A stretch of DNA of 56,626 nt from the NCBI GenBank assembly GCA_029061495.1, contig JAIDRX010000123.1, positions 1 to 56,626 on the forward strand. Direction: 5' to 3'. The notes below the pieces were generated by a model. It searched no databases. It was not told where the DNA came from and saw only the letters and a program-made list of their open reading frames with translations. This document shows, in pieces, positions 19,198 to 29,900 of the stretch (positions within the stretch are counted from its first letter, which is position 1; every line of letters begins with the position of its first letter). The DNA is from Clostridia bacterium. Its GTDB lineage: Bacteria; Bacillota; Clostridia; Christensenellales; Borkfalkiaceae. A program made the translations under genes and the position numbers.

Positions 19198-19956
19198 TTA
19201 TTTTACGCAAAAGCGCGTAAGCACCTTTGTAACAGGTAAAAACAAAGTCGTAATGCAAACTATCGTGCAGGCCGTCTGCGGTAGCATCGCCGCAAACGAA
19301 GCGTAAAAATAGCTCAGTGCGGAAAGGCGGTTCATACCTAAAAACAGCGGTGAAATCACGTCGTCTAAAAGCGTAAAGCACACCGTGCAGACCGCGCCTA
19401 TCGCGGCGTAGGCAATGAGGCGTAAAATTTGCGCGTTGCCTTTTTTAAACTTCCTTTGCGCGATAAAAAGAAAATCGAACGCAATTAAAAGCACGGCGCA
19501 AAGCGAAAAAATTACCCAAAGCAAAATTTGAAGCGTAACCTTGTACAGGCGGGAAATTTTAATTATATCCAGCGCGTAACCAAGTACGCACGCAACACAG
19601 ACGGATATAAGCAAAATATTTACGGCAACGGCAAATTTAACCTTGCTGAAGTCCTCGCTTTTAAAACGTCCTAATCCGCCGAAAAGCGCGGCAAGCGCGG
19701 GATAATAGATTAAGTATAAAACCAAAACCGCAGGCGTAAAGCCGAAAATTACGCACCGTAAAATGCTGAAAGCGGTTGCAAGAATCACTCCCCGCTTTAC
19801 GCCGAATACGCTTGCAAAGCATACCAAAATAAGCGTTACTATTTCAACGCCGACTACGAAAGAAAAGACGTACTGCCCGCCTATTAAAAGGGCGCACGCA
19901 ACCGCGATATAAGCCGCCTCCTTAGAGGGCGAAATTTTTCCGCCGCCCCCTTTCAT
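19198..19956 (-). CDS. polytopic membrane protein, candidate cobalamin/corrinoid transporter component
   Basis: 252 aa, about 7 hydrophobic helices. Start overlaps the DUF4430 stop (TAATG). Sits in the B12-riboswitch-controlled transcript. Confidence 0.6.
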   Translation of the reverse strand: MKGGGGKISPSKEAAYIAVACALLIGGQYVFSFVVGVEIVTLILVCFASVFGVKRGVILATAFSILRCVIFGFTPAVLVLYLIYYPALAALFGGLGRFKSEDFSKVKFAVAVNILLISVCVACVLGYALDIIKISRLYKVTLQILLWVIFSLCAVLLIAFDFLFIAQRKFKKGNAQILRLIAYAAIGAVCTVCFTLLDDVISPLFLGMNRLSALSYFYASFAAMLPQTACTIVCITTLFLPVTKVLTRFCVK

Positions 19957-20462
19957 TACCAGGAATAGTTATAGTATTCGTACACAAAAGCATAGGTATG
20001 TCCTGCCACGCAAGGAATACCAGACACTCCGTAGGAGGCGGAATACAGCGTTTTGCCGTTAAAATCGTAAGTTGCATAATCTGAAGCGTAAACCGCGTCG
20101 TCCCCGTCCAAAGTTATAAAGTCGATATAGAAGGACCAGCTGTAACCTTCCGACGAGGTTGCCGTAGAAGAAATCAATTTTTCTTCGGTGGCGTAAAAGC
20201 TTGTAATATAGTAGCCGTAACTACCGTCATTGCCGTCAAAAACAAGTTCGCCGTTTTCCTTTAAAGCGTCCATATAGTCCTTGACTGAGGTCGTATCGTT
20301 AAGCGTGATAATATCATCCTTTGCGGTGAACGCTACGCTCTGCACGCCGAGAACTACTTCTCCGCTTTTGCCGCTGTTATCGCCGCCGTTATCACAGCCT
20401 GCAAATACGAAAGCTGCTAACGACGCACATAAAGCCAAGAAGACAGTTAAAAGCTTTTTCAT
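19956..20462 (-). CDS. DUF4430 (transcobalamin-like) lipoprotein
   Basis: Lipobox FVFAGC. Overall pattern is typical of DUF4430 proteins. AAGGAG RBS. Immediately downstream of the cobalamin riboswitch. Confidence 0.7.
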   Translation of the reverse strand: MKKLLTVFLALCASLAAFVFAGCDNGGDNSGKSGEVVLGVQSVAFTAKDDIITLNDTTSVKDYMDALKENGELVFDGNDGSYGYYITSFYATEEKLISSTATSSEGYSWSFYIDFITLDGDDAVYASDYATYDFNGKTLYSASYGVSGIPCVAGHTYAFVYEYYNYSW

Positions 20463-20490
20463 AAGTTTCTCCTTAAAAAATTTTTATATA

Positions 20491-20700
20491 TAAAAACGGA
20501 CGCGCTTAAAAACCTTACGAATCCGTAAGGACAAACGCGTCCGTGCGCGTTTGATTTAATCCGAATCAAACGTTATATGCAATGCAGGTCTGGCGTTCGG
20601 ACTTGTCCGCTCGAAGCGGCTTACCGTTGCGGTACAGTTACGGAATTTAACCGTATTCCCCGTTTAATGCACATACTTTTTAGCCGTGCAGCCTGCAAGG
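20491..20700 (-). promoter_or_regulatory. cobalamin (B12) riboswitch with intrinsic-terminator expression platform
   Basis: Minus strand has P1 TGCAGG...CCTGCA, the core AAACGGGGAATACGGTTAAATTCCGTAACTGTACCGCAACGGTAAGCC and a B12-box-like AAGTCCGAACGCCAGACCTGC. This is followed by the terminator ACGGACGCG...CGCGTCCGT-TTTTTA (20491-20544). Confidence 0.85.
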
Positions 20701-20708
20701 ATTAAGTT

Positions 20709-23036
20709 TTAAATTATTTTATCAAGCGTTTTGACTAATTCAAGCGCGTCGCGCGTGTAATAGTCTGCGCCGATTTCTTTCGCTATTTCGGGGTTAAGAA
20801 CTGCTCCCCCCACGAAAATTTTGCTTTGTATCCCCGCGGTCTTTAACGCGGAAACAGTCTGCTCCATACTCTTAACAGTCGTGGTCATAAGCGCGGAAAG
20901 CCCCACCGCCTGCGGTCTGTGCGTTTTGCACGCTTCTACAACTGCCTCAGGGTCTACGTCCTTGCCGAGGTCTATCACCTCGTAACCGTAGGACTGCAGG
21001 ACGACTTTTACTATATTTTTGCCTATGTCGTGAACGTCGCCTTTAACCGTTGCAAGCGCAATTTTCGCCTTTTTTGCCGCACCCTTCGGAAGCCGCGTTC
21101 CCACGACGTCAAACGCGCACTTTGCCGCCTCCGCGGATGATACGAGCTGAGGTAAAAACAATTTTCCGCTGTCGTACTCTCTGCCGACTTCTTCCAAAGC
21201 TTTTATCAATATATCGTTTACAACAGTCATAGGCTCGCGTGTTTCAAGCTCTCTTTCGCACAGCTCCGCCGCCTGCTTTTTTATACCTTTTTTAATGCAG
21301 TCGTACAAATTAGCCGCCGCGGCATGTTCTGTCTGCGCAGGCTTTAACGCGCTGACCGTACCCGTAAAGTCCTTGTAAATATCGATATAATTTTCAGAAT
21401 TTTTATCCTCACCCGAAAGCACGGCAAACGCCTTGACCGCGTCCGTCATCTCTCCGTCCATAGGGTTCATAATGGGCATATTGAGTCCGCACGTCATTGC
21501 CATGGTAAGGAAGGTTTTGTTGAGTAGTCCCCTGTTTGGAAGCCCGAATGAAACGTTAGAGACCCCAAGCGCAGTTTTAACGCCCAGCTTTTTAACAAGT
21601 CTCAAAGCCTCGACTGTCTCTTTAACTAACTCCTGTTCGGCGGAGGCCGTCAAAACGAGGGTGTCTATCATTATTTTGTGTTTGGGTATACCGTAGCTTT
21701 CCGCGCGGTTTATAATGCGCTTTGCTATCTCCAAGCGTTCCTTTGCCGTTTTGGGAACGCCGCCTTTATCCATCGTAAGCCCCAAAACTACCGCGCCGTA
21801 TTTTTTTGCGACGGGGAAAATTTTGTCCATTACTTCGCTATCGCCGTTCACGCTGTTTATAAGCGGTATGCCGTTGTAGTAGCGCGCTGCGCGCCCGATA
21901 GCCTGCGCGTCGGACGAGTCTATCTGTAATGGCAGATTTACGTATTCCTGAATTTTTTTGACGGCTTTGACCATTACCGCCTTTTCGTCAAGCTGGGGCA
22001 GCCCCACGTTCAAATCGAGAATGTCCGCCCCCGCTTCCTGCTGTGCGACAGCCTCGTCTATTAAAAAGTCGTAATTTTCGGCAAGCAAGGCTTCTTTCAG
22101 CTTTTTCTTGCCCGTGGGGTTAAGCCGTTCGCCGCAGATTTTTACTCCGTCAATTACTACGGCTTTCGTTGCCGAGTTTACAACCGTCTGCTTTGCGACC
22201 CTGCGCCTTTTAACTTTGCGGCCCGAGTACTTACTTATCCTCTCTATAAATTCGGGGTTGGTGCCGCAGCAGCCGCCGACTATGCTTACGCCGCTTTTTA
22301 TAAACTTATTTATATAGTAGTCGAACTCATCTATGCCGAGGACGTACTCGGTTTTTCCGTCCTTTAAAACGGGCAAGCCGCGGTTGGGCTTTACCATTAC
22401 GGGAACGCTTGTACAGGCAAGAAACGCGTTTACAACCCATTCAAGCTCCTTAGGACCTGCCGAACAGTTTACGCCCAGCGCGTCAACGCCAAGGCCTTCC
22501 AAGGTGTTTGCAACTATTTCGGGCGTGGAGCCCGTAAGCGTTCTGCCGGTAGAGTCGAAGGTCATAGTCGCAAAAACGGGCTTATCGCTGTGCTCTTTTA
22601 TAGCGAGTATGCAAGCCTTAATTTCGTACAAGTCGGAAAATGTTTCGGCGATATATCCGTCAACCAAATCTTTGGTGTAATCAACCACTTCGGCAAAGGC
22701 TTCGTATGCCTCGTCGAAAGTGAGCGTGCCCAAAGGCTCTATCATTGCGCCCGTGGGACCTATATCGAAAATTACTTTTTTACCCGCGGCGCGCGCGTTT
22801 TCAACGGCTTTTAAGGCAAGCTCTTTTATAGAGTATTTTCCCTTGTATTTGATTTTGTTGAGACCGAAGGTATTCGTCATTATGCAGTCCGCGCACGAAT
22901 ACGAGCGGTGAATAGACTTTATAACTTCGGGGTGGGTGATATTCAGCTCTTCGGGAACGCCATCAAAGCCAAGCTTTTCAAGCTCGCTGCCCATTCCGCC
23001 GTCGAAAACTAAGACTATTTCTCTGAGTCGTAGCAT
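20709..23036 (-). CDS. metH: cobalamin-dependent methionine synthase lacking the reactivation domain (Hcy-MT, pterin-binding, B12-cap and B12-binding modules)
   Basis: 775 aa. N-terminal homocysteine S-methyltransferase domain, pterin-binding barrel and the DxHxxG motif (GDVHDIGKN). Confidence 0.92.
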   Translation of the reverse strand: MLRLREIVLVFDGGMGSELEKLGFDGVPEELNITHPEVIKSIHRSYSCADCIMTNTFGLNKIKYKGKYSIKELALKAVENARAAGKKVIFDIGPTGAMIEPLGTLTFDEAYEAFAEVVDYTKDLVDGYIAETFSDLYEIKACILAIKEHSDKPVFATMTFDSTGRTLTGSTPEIVANTLEGLGVDALGVNCSAGPKELEWVVNAFLACTSVPVMVKPNRGLPVLKDGKTEYVLGIDEFDYYINKFIKSGVSIVGGCCGTNPEFIERISKYSGRKVKRRRVAKQTVVNSATKAVVIDGVKICGERLNPTGKKKLKEALLAENYDFLIDEAVAQQEAGADILDLNVGLPQLDEKAVMVKAVKKIQEYVNLPLQIDSSDAQAIGRAARYYNGIPLINSVNGDSEVMDKIFPVAKKYGAVVLGLTMDKGGVPKTAKERLEIAKRIINRAESYGIPKHKIMIDTLVLTASAEQELVKETVEALRLVKKLGVKTALGVSNVSFGLPNRGLLNKTFLTMAMTCGLNMPIMNPMDGEMTDAVKAFAVLSGEDKNSENYIDIYKDFTGTVSALKPAQTEHAAAANLYDCIKKGIKKQAAELCERELETREPMTVVNDILIKALEEVGREYDSGKLFLPQLVSSAEAAKCAFDVVGTRLPKGAAKKAKIALATVKGDVHDIGKNIVKVVLQSYGYEVIDLGKDVDPEAVVEACKTHRPQAVGLSALMTTTVKSMEQTVSALKTAGIQSKIFVGGAVLNPEIAKEIGADYYTRDALELVKTLDKII

Positions 23037-23626
23037 TTTGCACCCCCCTTTTTATATACGCAGTGCGCGGCGACGATACAGTTTTTGCACGTCTTCTGCG
23101 CCTTGCCGCCCACAGCTATTACGCCCGCCATCGATTTTGACGGCAACATATAATTTGTCTCAGACAGCGTTACCCCTATCTTTTCGGGCTTTAAAATTTC
23201 AAAAATATATTTTATATCGCTTATATCGCTTCCGCCGTAGCCGGGGCAGAACCTGTACGAAAGCTCACCCAAAGTCTTTTCGTAATCGTCGGAAAGGAAC
23301 TCTAAATACGCGCTTGCGCACGCGTCGAAAACTATCGCCTTAGCCGCGTGCGTACGCTCCAAAAATTTTATCCTCGCATCCACTTCGCCGCCCAAAGTCA
23401 TTACGGAAAGTATTACCCCCTTGCTTGCGCCGAGGTAAGAAAGATACGGCTCTTTAAGTAAAAACGCGGGCGGTGAATTAAAAAATTTGTATTTATAACG
23501 GAAGTGCGCAATCTCTTGCAACTCGTCAAGGCACTTTAAAATTGCCGCGTCGGTTTCGTCGGTCTTTTCAACCAAACGGAAACCCAAGTACGAATAAATT
23601 TGTTTAATCAGCTTTGAAGAATTCAT
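23015..23626 (-). CDS. stand-alone methionine synthase activation (AdoMet-binding) domain protein
   Basis: 203 aa with RFCPGYGG and LPSKSMAGVI motifs of the MetH reactivation domain. Overlaps metH by 22 nt. Confidence 0.8.
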   Translation of the reverse strand: MNSSKLIKQIYSYLGFRLVEKTDETDAAILKCLDELQEIAHFRYKYKFFNSPPAFLLKEPYLSYLGASKGVILSVMTLGGEVDARIKFLERTHAAKAIVFDACASAYLEFLSDDYEKTLGELSYRFCPGYGGSDISDIKYIFEILKPEKIGVTLSETNYMLPSKSMAGVIAVGGKAQKTCKNCIVAAHCVYKKGGAKCYDSEK

Positions 23627-24485
23627 TTACAACGTTATTAAGTCTTGATACTATTTCCGCCGCGGTGTCCGCGCGGTTCATTGTGTAGATATGTACGCCG
23701 GGCGCGCCCTTTGCAATTAAATCGCAAATCTGATACACCGCATAGTTTATCCCCACTTCCCTGAAAGATGCAGGCGATTTAGAATACACCTCTATCATAT
23801 TTCTTAGCTCTATGGGAACGGTGCTTCCGCACATCGATTTTATTTTATTTAAGTTTTTTGAAGCGGTAAGAGGCATTATGCCCGGTATTATGGGAATGGT
23901 TATCCCCTCTTTTCTCGCCTCGTTTACAAGCCTGTAATAGTACGCGTTGTCGTAAAACAGCTGGGTTATGAAAAACGCCGCGCCGCACTCGACCTTCTTT
24001 TTTAAATTTTGCAAATCGCTGTAAAGCGTTTCACTCTCAACGTGCCCCTCGGGATAGCAAGCTGCGCCCATGCAAAAGCCGTACTTTGAAATGTAGCTTT
24101 CGAGATCGGAAGCGTGCTTGAAGTACTTGCAATAATCGCTATCGTACTCTAAGGGTTTATCTCCGCGAAGTGCTAAAACGTTTTCAACCTTTAATTCTTT
24201 AATCCTTTTTGAAAGCGCGTCTATATCCTCAGGCGACGAAGGTCCGCCCGTGATATGCGCCAAAGGCTCTATCCCTAAGCTTTTTATATGCCCCGCAATT
24301 TCCGCCGAGCCGCGAGCCGAAGAGCCGCTTGCGCCGTAGGTTACGCTAATAAAGTCTGGGTTTAAAGCTTTTAAACTGTCTATTGTTTCAAACAGCTTTT
24401 GTTTATCATCCGCACCGTCCTTTTTGGGAGGAAACACCTCGAAGGAAAGCGTTCTTTTTTTGCTTAAAATTTCGTCTATTCTCAT
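23604..24485 (-). CDS. metF: 5,10-methylenetetrahydrofolate reductase
   Basis: 293 aa with SFEVFPPK, FISVTYGA and TQLFYD motifs. Confidence 0.93.
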   Translation of the reverse strand: MRIDEILSKKRTLSFEVFPPKKDGADDKQKLFETIDSLKALNPDFISVTYGASGSSARGSAEIAGHIKSLGIEPLAHITGGPSSPEDIDALSKRIKELKVENVLALRGDKPLEYDSDYCKYFKHASDLESYISKYGFCMGAACYPEGHVESETLYSDLQNLKKKVECGAAFFITQLFYDNAYYYRLVNEARKEGITIPIIPGIMPLTASKNLNKIKSMCGSTVPIELRNMIEVYSKSPASFREVGINYAVYQICDLIAKGAPGVHIYTMNRADTAAEIVSRLNNVVNEFFKAD

Positions 24486-24489
24486 AATG

Positions 24490-25662
24490 CTAAATGCCTT
24501 TAACCGCCGCGTCCAGCCTTTCTAACGCAGTGCGTAAAACCGAGCGCGGACAAGCTATGTTTATCCTCTCGAAGCCGCTTCCGCCCTGCCCGAAAATATA
24601 ACCGTCGTCAACCCAAAGCTTTGCCTTGTTTTCAAAGAGGTCGGCTAGCTGATTATCGCTTAAATTCAAACCGCGGCAATCAAGCCAGACGAGGTAAGTA
24701 CCCTGCGGCTCTATAAGAGACACACCGCGCATATCCTTTACAAATTCACGCACAAGCTGTAAATTTTGCGTGAGGTATTCTTTTAACTGTTCAAGCCAGC
24801 TTTCGCCGAACTCATACGCCGCCTGACACGCGACAAGCCCCGCAATATTTGGCTGCGAATAGCCCTGCTTGTCCAGCTCCTTTATAAATTTTTTGCGTAC
24901 TGAATCGTTTTCAATATACGTGTTTGCTATGTGCAGACCCGCAATATTGAACGTCTTTGTCGGTGCGGTGCATATAGCGCAGTTTTGCACAAATTCGTCT
25001 TTCACGGTTGAAAATACTATATGCTTATTTTCGCCGTAAACGAAGTCCGAATGTATCTCGTCCGAGATAACGAAAACTCCGTGCTTTAAGCAGATATCGC
25101 CAAGCCTTTCAAGCTCGTCCTTCATCCACACTCTACCGACCGGGTTGTGCGGGTTGCATAAAATAAAAAGCTTAACTTTGTTTTTAATTATCTTGTTTTC
25201 AAAGTCGGCAAAGTCTACGGTATAGTTACCGTTATCATTTTTAAGCTCGCTGACAATAAGCTTTCTGCCGTTGTCCGTAACGCTTTCGGCAAACGGATAA
25301 TATACGGGCTGACAGATTATAACCGCATCGCCCTCTTTCGTCAGTGCGCGTATAAGCGCGCAAATCGAGAAAACGACTCCGCAGGTCAAAACAAATTTTT
25401 CGCTTTGAGTTTTCCAGCCGTGCCTCTTTAAAAACCAGTCGTGCAAAACCGAATAATATTTTTCGTCGGGTGCGGAATATCCGAAAATCCCGTGCTCGGC
25501 TTTTTCTTTAAGCGCGGAAATCACCTCGTCGGGGGCGCGGAAGTCCATATCCGCAACCCATAAAGGAAGCAGGTCCTCCGCCTTCCCTCTGCGCGTTGCA
25601 AAGTCGTATTTTAAACTGTTGGTGCCCTTTCGGTTATATACCCTGTCAAAGTCGTATTTCAT
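24490..25662 (-). CDS. patB: MalY/PatB-family PLP-dependent cystathionine beta-lyase
   Basis: 390 aa class-I aminotransferase fold with LPLWVADMDF and CNPHNPVGRVW motifs. Confidence 0.85.
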   Translation of the reverse strand: MKYDFDRVYNRKGTNSLKYDFATRRGKAEDLLPLWVADMDFRAPDEVISALKEKAEHGIFGYSAPDEKYYSVLHDWFLKRHGWKTQSEKFVLTCGVVFSICALIRALTKEGDAVIICQPVYYPFAESVTDNGRKLIVSELKNDNGNYTVDFADFENKIIKNKVKLFILCNPHNPVGRVWMKDELERLGDICLKHGVFVISDEIHSDFVYGENKHIVFSTVKDEFVQNCAICTAPTKTFNIAGLHIANTYIENDSVRKKFIKELDKQGYSQPNIAGLVACQAAYEFGESWLEQLKEYLTQNLQLVREFVKDMRGVSLIEPQGTYLVWLDCRGLNLSDNQLADLFENKAKLWVDDGYIFGQGGSGFERINIACPRSVLRTALERLDAAVKGI

Positions 25663-26795
25663 TTTTTAAACGCCTGCTCCAAGTCCTCGATTAAATCGTC
25701 AACGTTTTCAATTCCTACCGAAATGCGCAAAAACGCGTCGGTAATGCCGCGGGCGTTTCGCTCCTTTTCGGGAACGTCCGCATGAGTCTGCAACATAGGG
25801 TAAGTAATTAGGCTTTCAACCCCGCCAAGACTTTCGGCATACTGAAAGACTTTGACTTTGCATAAAATTTGCTCGGCAAGGGCGCGGCTTTGCAACTCGA
25901 ACGAAATCATTCCGCCGAAACCCGTAGCCTGCTTTTTTGAAACCTTGTATCCCTTGCTGTCCTTAAAGCCTGCATAATAGACCTTTTTAACTTCCTTGCG
26001 CCTGCGAAGCCACCCGGCAATTCTTTCGGCGTTCGCGCTTATTTTATCCATTCTTAAAGGCAGGGTCTTAATACCGCGCTCTATTAAAAAGCAGTCGAAG
26101 GGCGCAAGGCACGCGCCTATCGTTTTATAAATGTAGGCAAGCTTTTCCGCTAGGTCTGCGCTGTTTACTACGGCAAAGCCCGCAAGTGTATCGTTATGAC
26201 CGCCGAGATATTTCGTACCGCTGTGTATGACTATATCCGCGCCGAGCGCTATAGGTTGCTGATAGTAAGGAGTTAAAAAAGTGTTATCGACTATTAAAAG
26301 AAGTCCGTACTCCCTTGCAAGCGCAGCAAGCGCGGAAATGTCCGATACCTGCATTAAAGGGTTACTGGGCGTTTCGCAGTAAATAGCTTTTGTGTCCTTG
26401 CGGATAAGCAATTTTACTCGGTTAATATCGCCCGTATTTACGAAGTCGAAGTCTATCCCCTCAAAGGTATTTACGTTGCGGAAAAGCCTTAAACTTCCGC
26501 CGTACAAATCGTCCGAGGCGATAACGTGCGCGGGGCCCTTAATAAGCTTCATTACCGCGGTTACGGCAGACATTCCCGACGAGAACGCGAAAGCCGCTTC
26601 CCCACCCTCTAACGCGGCAACCGTATTTTCAAGATGGGCGCGCGTAGGATTTGAAAGGCGCGTATAGCTGTACTCCGAAGGCACTCCCACTCCCTTATGT
26701 ACGAAAGTCGCCGACTGGCATATGGGGGTAGTAAGCGTTCCCCACTCGTCTTTTTTGTTACCGTCCGCATGCAGACAAAGAGTTTCAAACCTCAT
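25659..26795 (-). CDS. trans-sulfuration family PLP enzyme (cystathionine gamma-synthase / beta-lyase / O-acylhomoserine sulfhydrylase)
   Basis: 378 aa with YTRLSNPT and the PLP-lysine motif HSGTKYLGGHND. ATGA-type overlap with patB. Confidence 0.88.
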   Translation of the reverse strand: MRFETLCLHADGNKKDEWGTLTTPICQSATFVHKGVGVPSEYSYTRLSNPTRAHLENTVAALEGGEAAFAFSSGMSAVTAVMKLIKGPAHVIASDDLYGGSLRLFRNVNTFEGIDFDFVNTGDINRVKLLIRKDTKAIYCETPSNPLMQVSDISALAALAREYGLLLIVDNTFLTPYYQQPIALGADIVIHSGTKYLGGHNDTLAGFAVVNSADLAEKLAYIYKTIGACLAPFDCFLIERGIKTLPLRMDKISANAERIAGWLRRRKEVKKVYYAGFKDSKGYKVSKKQATGFGGMISFELQSRALAEQILCKVKVFQYAESLGGVESLITYPMLQTHADVPEKERNARGITDAFLRISVGIENVDDLIEDLEQAFKK

Positions 26796-26823
26796 AATAA
26801 GCCTTTTGTAAATTATTACATTA

Positions 26824-26852
26824 ACTATATACTAACGCAGACTGTTTGTCAA
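26824..26852 (-). promoter_or_regulatory. sigma-A promoter of the methionine operon
   Basis: Minus strand reads TTGACA-17 nt-TATAGT. It leaves only about a 20-nt leader before the start at 26795. Confidence 0.7.
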
Positions 26853-26893
26853 CTTTATTAATTTTCCCGCGCCAAATTAAGACTTCTGGGAAT

Positions 26894-26928
26894 AAAAAGC
26901 GGAGCTTCATAAAGAAGCTCCGCTTTTT
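26894..26928. terminator. terminator of the M60 peptidase gene
   Basis: AAAAAGCGGAGCTTC-ATAAA-GAAGCTCCGCTTTTT. Confidence 0.85.
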
Positions 26929-26943
26929 AAAATATTCAAAGCA

Positions 26944-29900
26944 TTAATTCCAGCAGGCGAACGACTCAACGTTGAACGTTCCGCTCTTGCCGACGATTTT
27001 TAAAACGTGCTCACCGTCCGAAAGCGCATCGCCCGTGTATATATAGGCAAGCGGGTCCGCCACGTACTTGTAGTTGTAACGGTCGTAGAGGGTGCTTGTG
27101 GTGCCTGCGTAGTTATCTGCCGACAGGTCAACGTTTTCGGCAACTAATTTTCCGTCGATGTAGATATCAACCGTACCGTATTCCTCAGACCGATTTGCAA
27201 AGTATGCAACCCTTGATCCTGTGAAGTGATATTCTAAGCTACTGCCCGCCTTAGCAGTGTAAACAAGTCCGAAGTTGCATAGTCTGTTTTCGGTATTCCA
27301 CTCACCGATGTATCTTACGTTGAAGTCGCTGGGTGAAACAATTTTTCCGTTGGTGTAAGCTAAGTAATCAGAGAACACTATGCTGTTCATCGCGAAGTAT
27401 CTGCCGTTGTCCGTCTTGGTAACAACGAGCTTGTAATACCTTATATTGACGGTATCAAAATTGAACGTCATATTTTTTGCGTTAGCCGGCGAATCGGTAA
27501 CTTCGGTTACAAGCGAATAATTCACTCCATCTGTACTTCCGTATATTTTGAAGTCTTTAACCATCCCGTTGTTACCGGCACTGTTTTTGTATCCGTTGAA
27601 GGTAACGCGGTTTACAGTACGCGCCGAGCCGAAATCAACCACAAGCTCGAACGGTTTAGCTTCGGTGATATAATTTGCCTCGCCGCCCTTTGAATGGTAA
27701 TACGTATCCGACTTTCCGTCAAACATATTTGCAATAGGCACGGTGTTATCCCAAGACTCGTGGCTTACGGAAACAAGTTTAGTGCCTGAAGCGTAAACCT
27801 TATTTTCTCTTGCGTAACCATACGTATATTCGTTCTTGTAGAGGTATTCCGTTTCAAACTTCTTTTCGGAGTCATCCTTAAGCACTTTGTCAAATTCAAC
27901 CGTGTCTGACGTAATAGCGTTTGACGCATTGGAGAATGCAGGGTACGAGCCGTCGGTATTCTGTTTCGATGTGCCTACTCCGAAGAAGTCGCTTTCCTTG
28001 GTAACCAAAAGCACGACCTTGAAATATACATAGTTTTTACTTTCACTGAATGTGTGTTCGGAATATACGGAATTATCATATGCGTTTCCGCTCGTTCTCG
28101 ATATCGTAAGCGCATTTTCCCAGGTTTTGCCGCCATCATATGACAAGTACAGCGTAGCCACACCCCTGCCCTTTAACGTGAAGCGGTAATTGCCGGCAGA
28201 TGAAAAATACATTACGCCTTCCATCGTCTGCAAAGTGCGGTTTAGAGGCATTACTCTGTAATTCGTGCTGTTTTTATCATAGACGTCGTCGTCATAGTTC
28301 CAGCCCGCCTGCCATATCTGCGTATTTGTTTCCTGTGTGCAGACGTTCTTTCTCGTTTCGGTTTCAGCGTATTCGCCGAAATCAAACTTACCTGTTTGGG
28401 CATTGTAAACGGAATTAGTTGCGGGTACTTTTTGCGCCTCGTCGTAAACGTACGTCGTTCTGTTTAAAGTGGTATTTGCAGTACTCTGTTTAAGATTTAT
28501 AACGAGGTCAACGTCCTCTACGATAAACTCAAGGTTATTCTTTACGATTCTAAGTTTTACCCTGAAATTGCCCGAATACAGCCCGTCTTTACCGCTTTTC
28601 GGTGTGTATTTAACGAGGTTGTTTTCAAGCATTTCCACTTTGCCGTTTTCGGGCTGCGTAACTTCAACAACTTTCACGGTAAAGCCGTCGGGAATTACAA
28701 GCTCCTTGCTTACAAAACTACCCGCCGCAAAATTATTTTTATTGTTGAAGTCCATCGTTAATTCGCCGCGGCCGTAAGCGAAAGGCTGCGCGGTTGTTAT
28801 ATACTGCTTTTTACCGTCGCGTATAATACTTCTGCCGACTTGATATACCGAAGCTACAGGCACGAACATAGGATAATTTTTATCCTTTGCTTCGTTTACT
28901 TTGTCTTTCGAAATTGTGCCGTTGCTGTCGTATGCGTTGCCGATACCGAAATTCAGAACGTCCCTGAAATAATATGTCATATCGTAATGGGTCGCGTTAA
29001 CGAGGTTATCGTAATAGCTGCCGCCGTGCGCCGCTTCGATATAATTTTCCTGACCTATGTTGTGAAGAAGGGTTGCGTAAACGGATAAATCGAAACGCTT
29101 GCTCCCGTCCTTGCCTAACGATAAAAGTTCGCCAAGCGCTTTTGAAGGGTCGGTAAATCTGTTCCAGCCGCCGTTACCCCATCCGGGAGCCGAAGTTCTG
29201 CCCTGTGAAATACGGGTATAAAGCGAATATGAAACAAGCGTCGTCGCGTTGTTGGTTACTTCGCCGTTGGCTGCTAAACCGTAGCCCTGCCAGCAGTGGT
29301 TATACTCGTGCATGGTTCCCCAGTTGCCGCCGTTTACAAAGCTGTTATAATTTAACGGACCCCAACCCGAGAACCAATACAGAGGACAAACAACGCCGTT
29401 ACGTCCGGGGTTAGCAAACGCTTCGCCCGCAGCAACGTAGCAGTCGCCTATGACGTATATAGGAGCGCTCGCACCCGAAAGTCCGTTAGGTCCGACGCGT
29501 GTAGAAACTTCTGCAATCTTATCCCACAGAACCGCCGCGTCCGTACAGTCGCGGTAAGTCATCTTTGTAAGGTCATGACTTGAACTTTTTCTGGGCAGAG
29601 TGAAACGGATGGATTCGTAAACCTCCAAATCAAAGAAAGGAGCGGTAGATTTTGCGTTCTCCTTATATTCCTCCTCGGTGGTTACGCCGAGAATAAAGTG
29701 CTGATATCTCACGCCGCCGGAAATAGTTACGGAAATATTGCGTTCAACGTCGTTTTTTATAGGACGGAAATATATAGGTCCGCCGAGGAAAGAGCCTACG
29801 TAAAACGTAACGGTATCGCCGTTGACGTTTACTGCGCCGTTTTTATCATTGTACTCGAAGATGCTCAAAAGGTCGGTCATTCGGTTTAAACCTGTACCCT

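Noticed and set aside
26796-26943. SAM riboswitch or T-box leader for the methionine operon
   Set aside because: The gap is filled by a terminator for the upstream gene and a TTGACA-17-TATAGT promoter, which leaves about 20 nt of leader. That is too short for either element.
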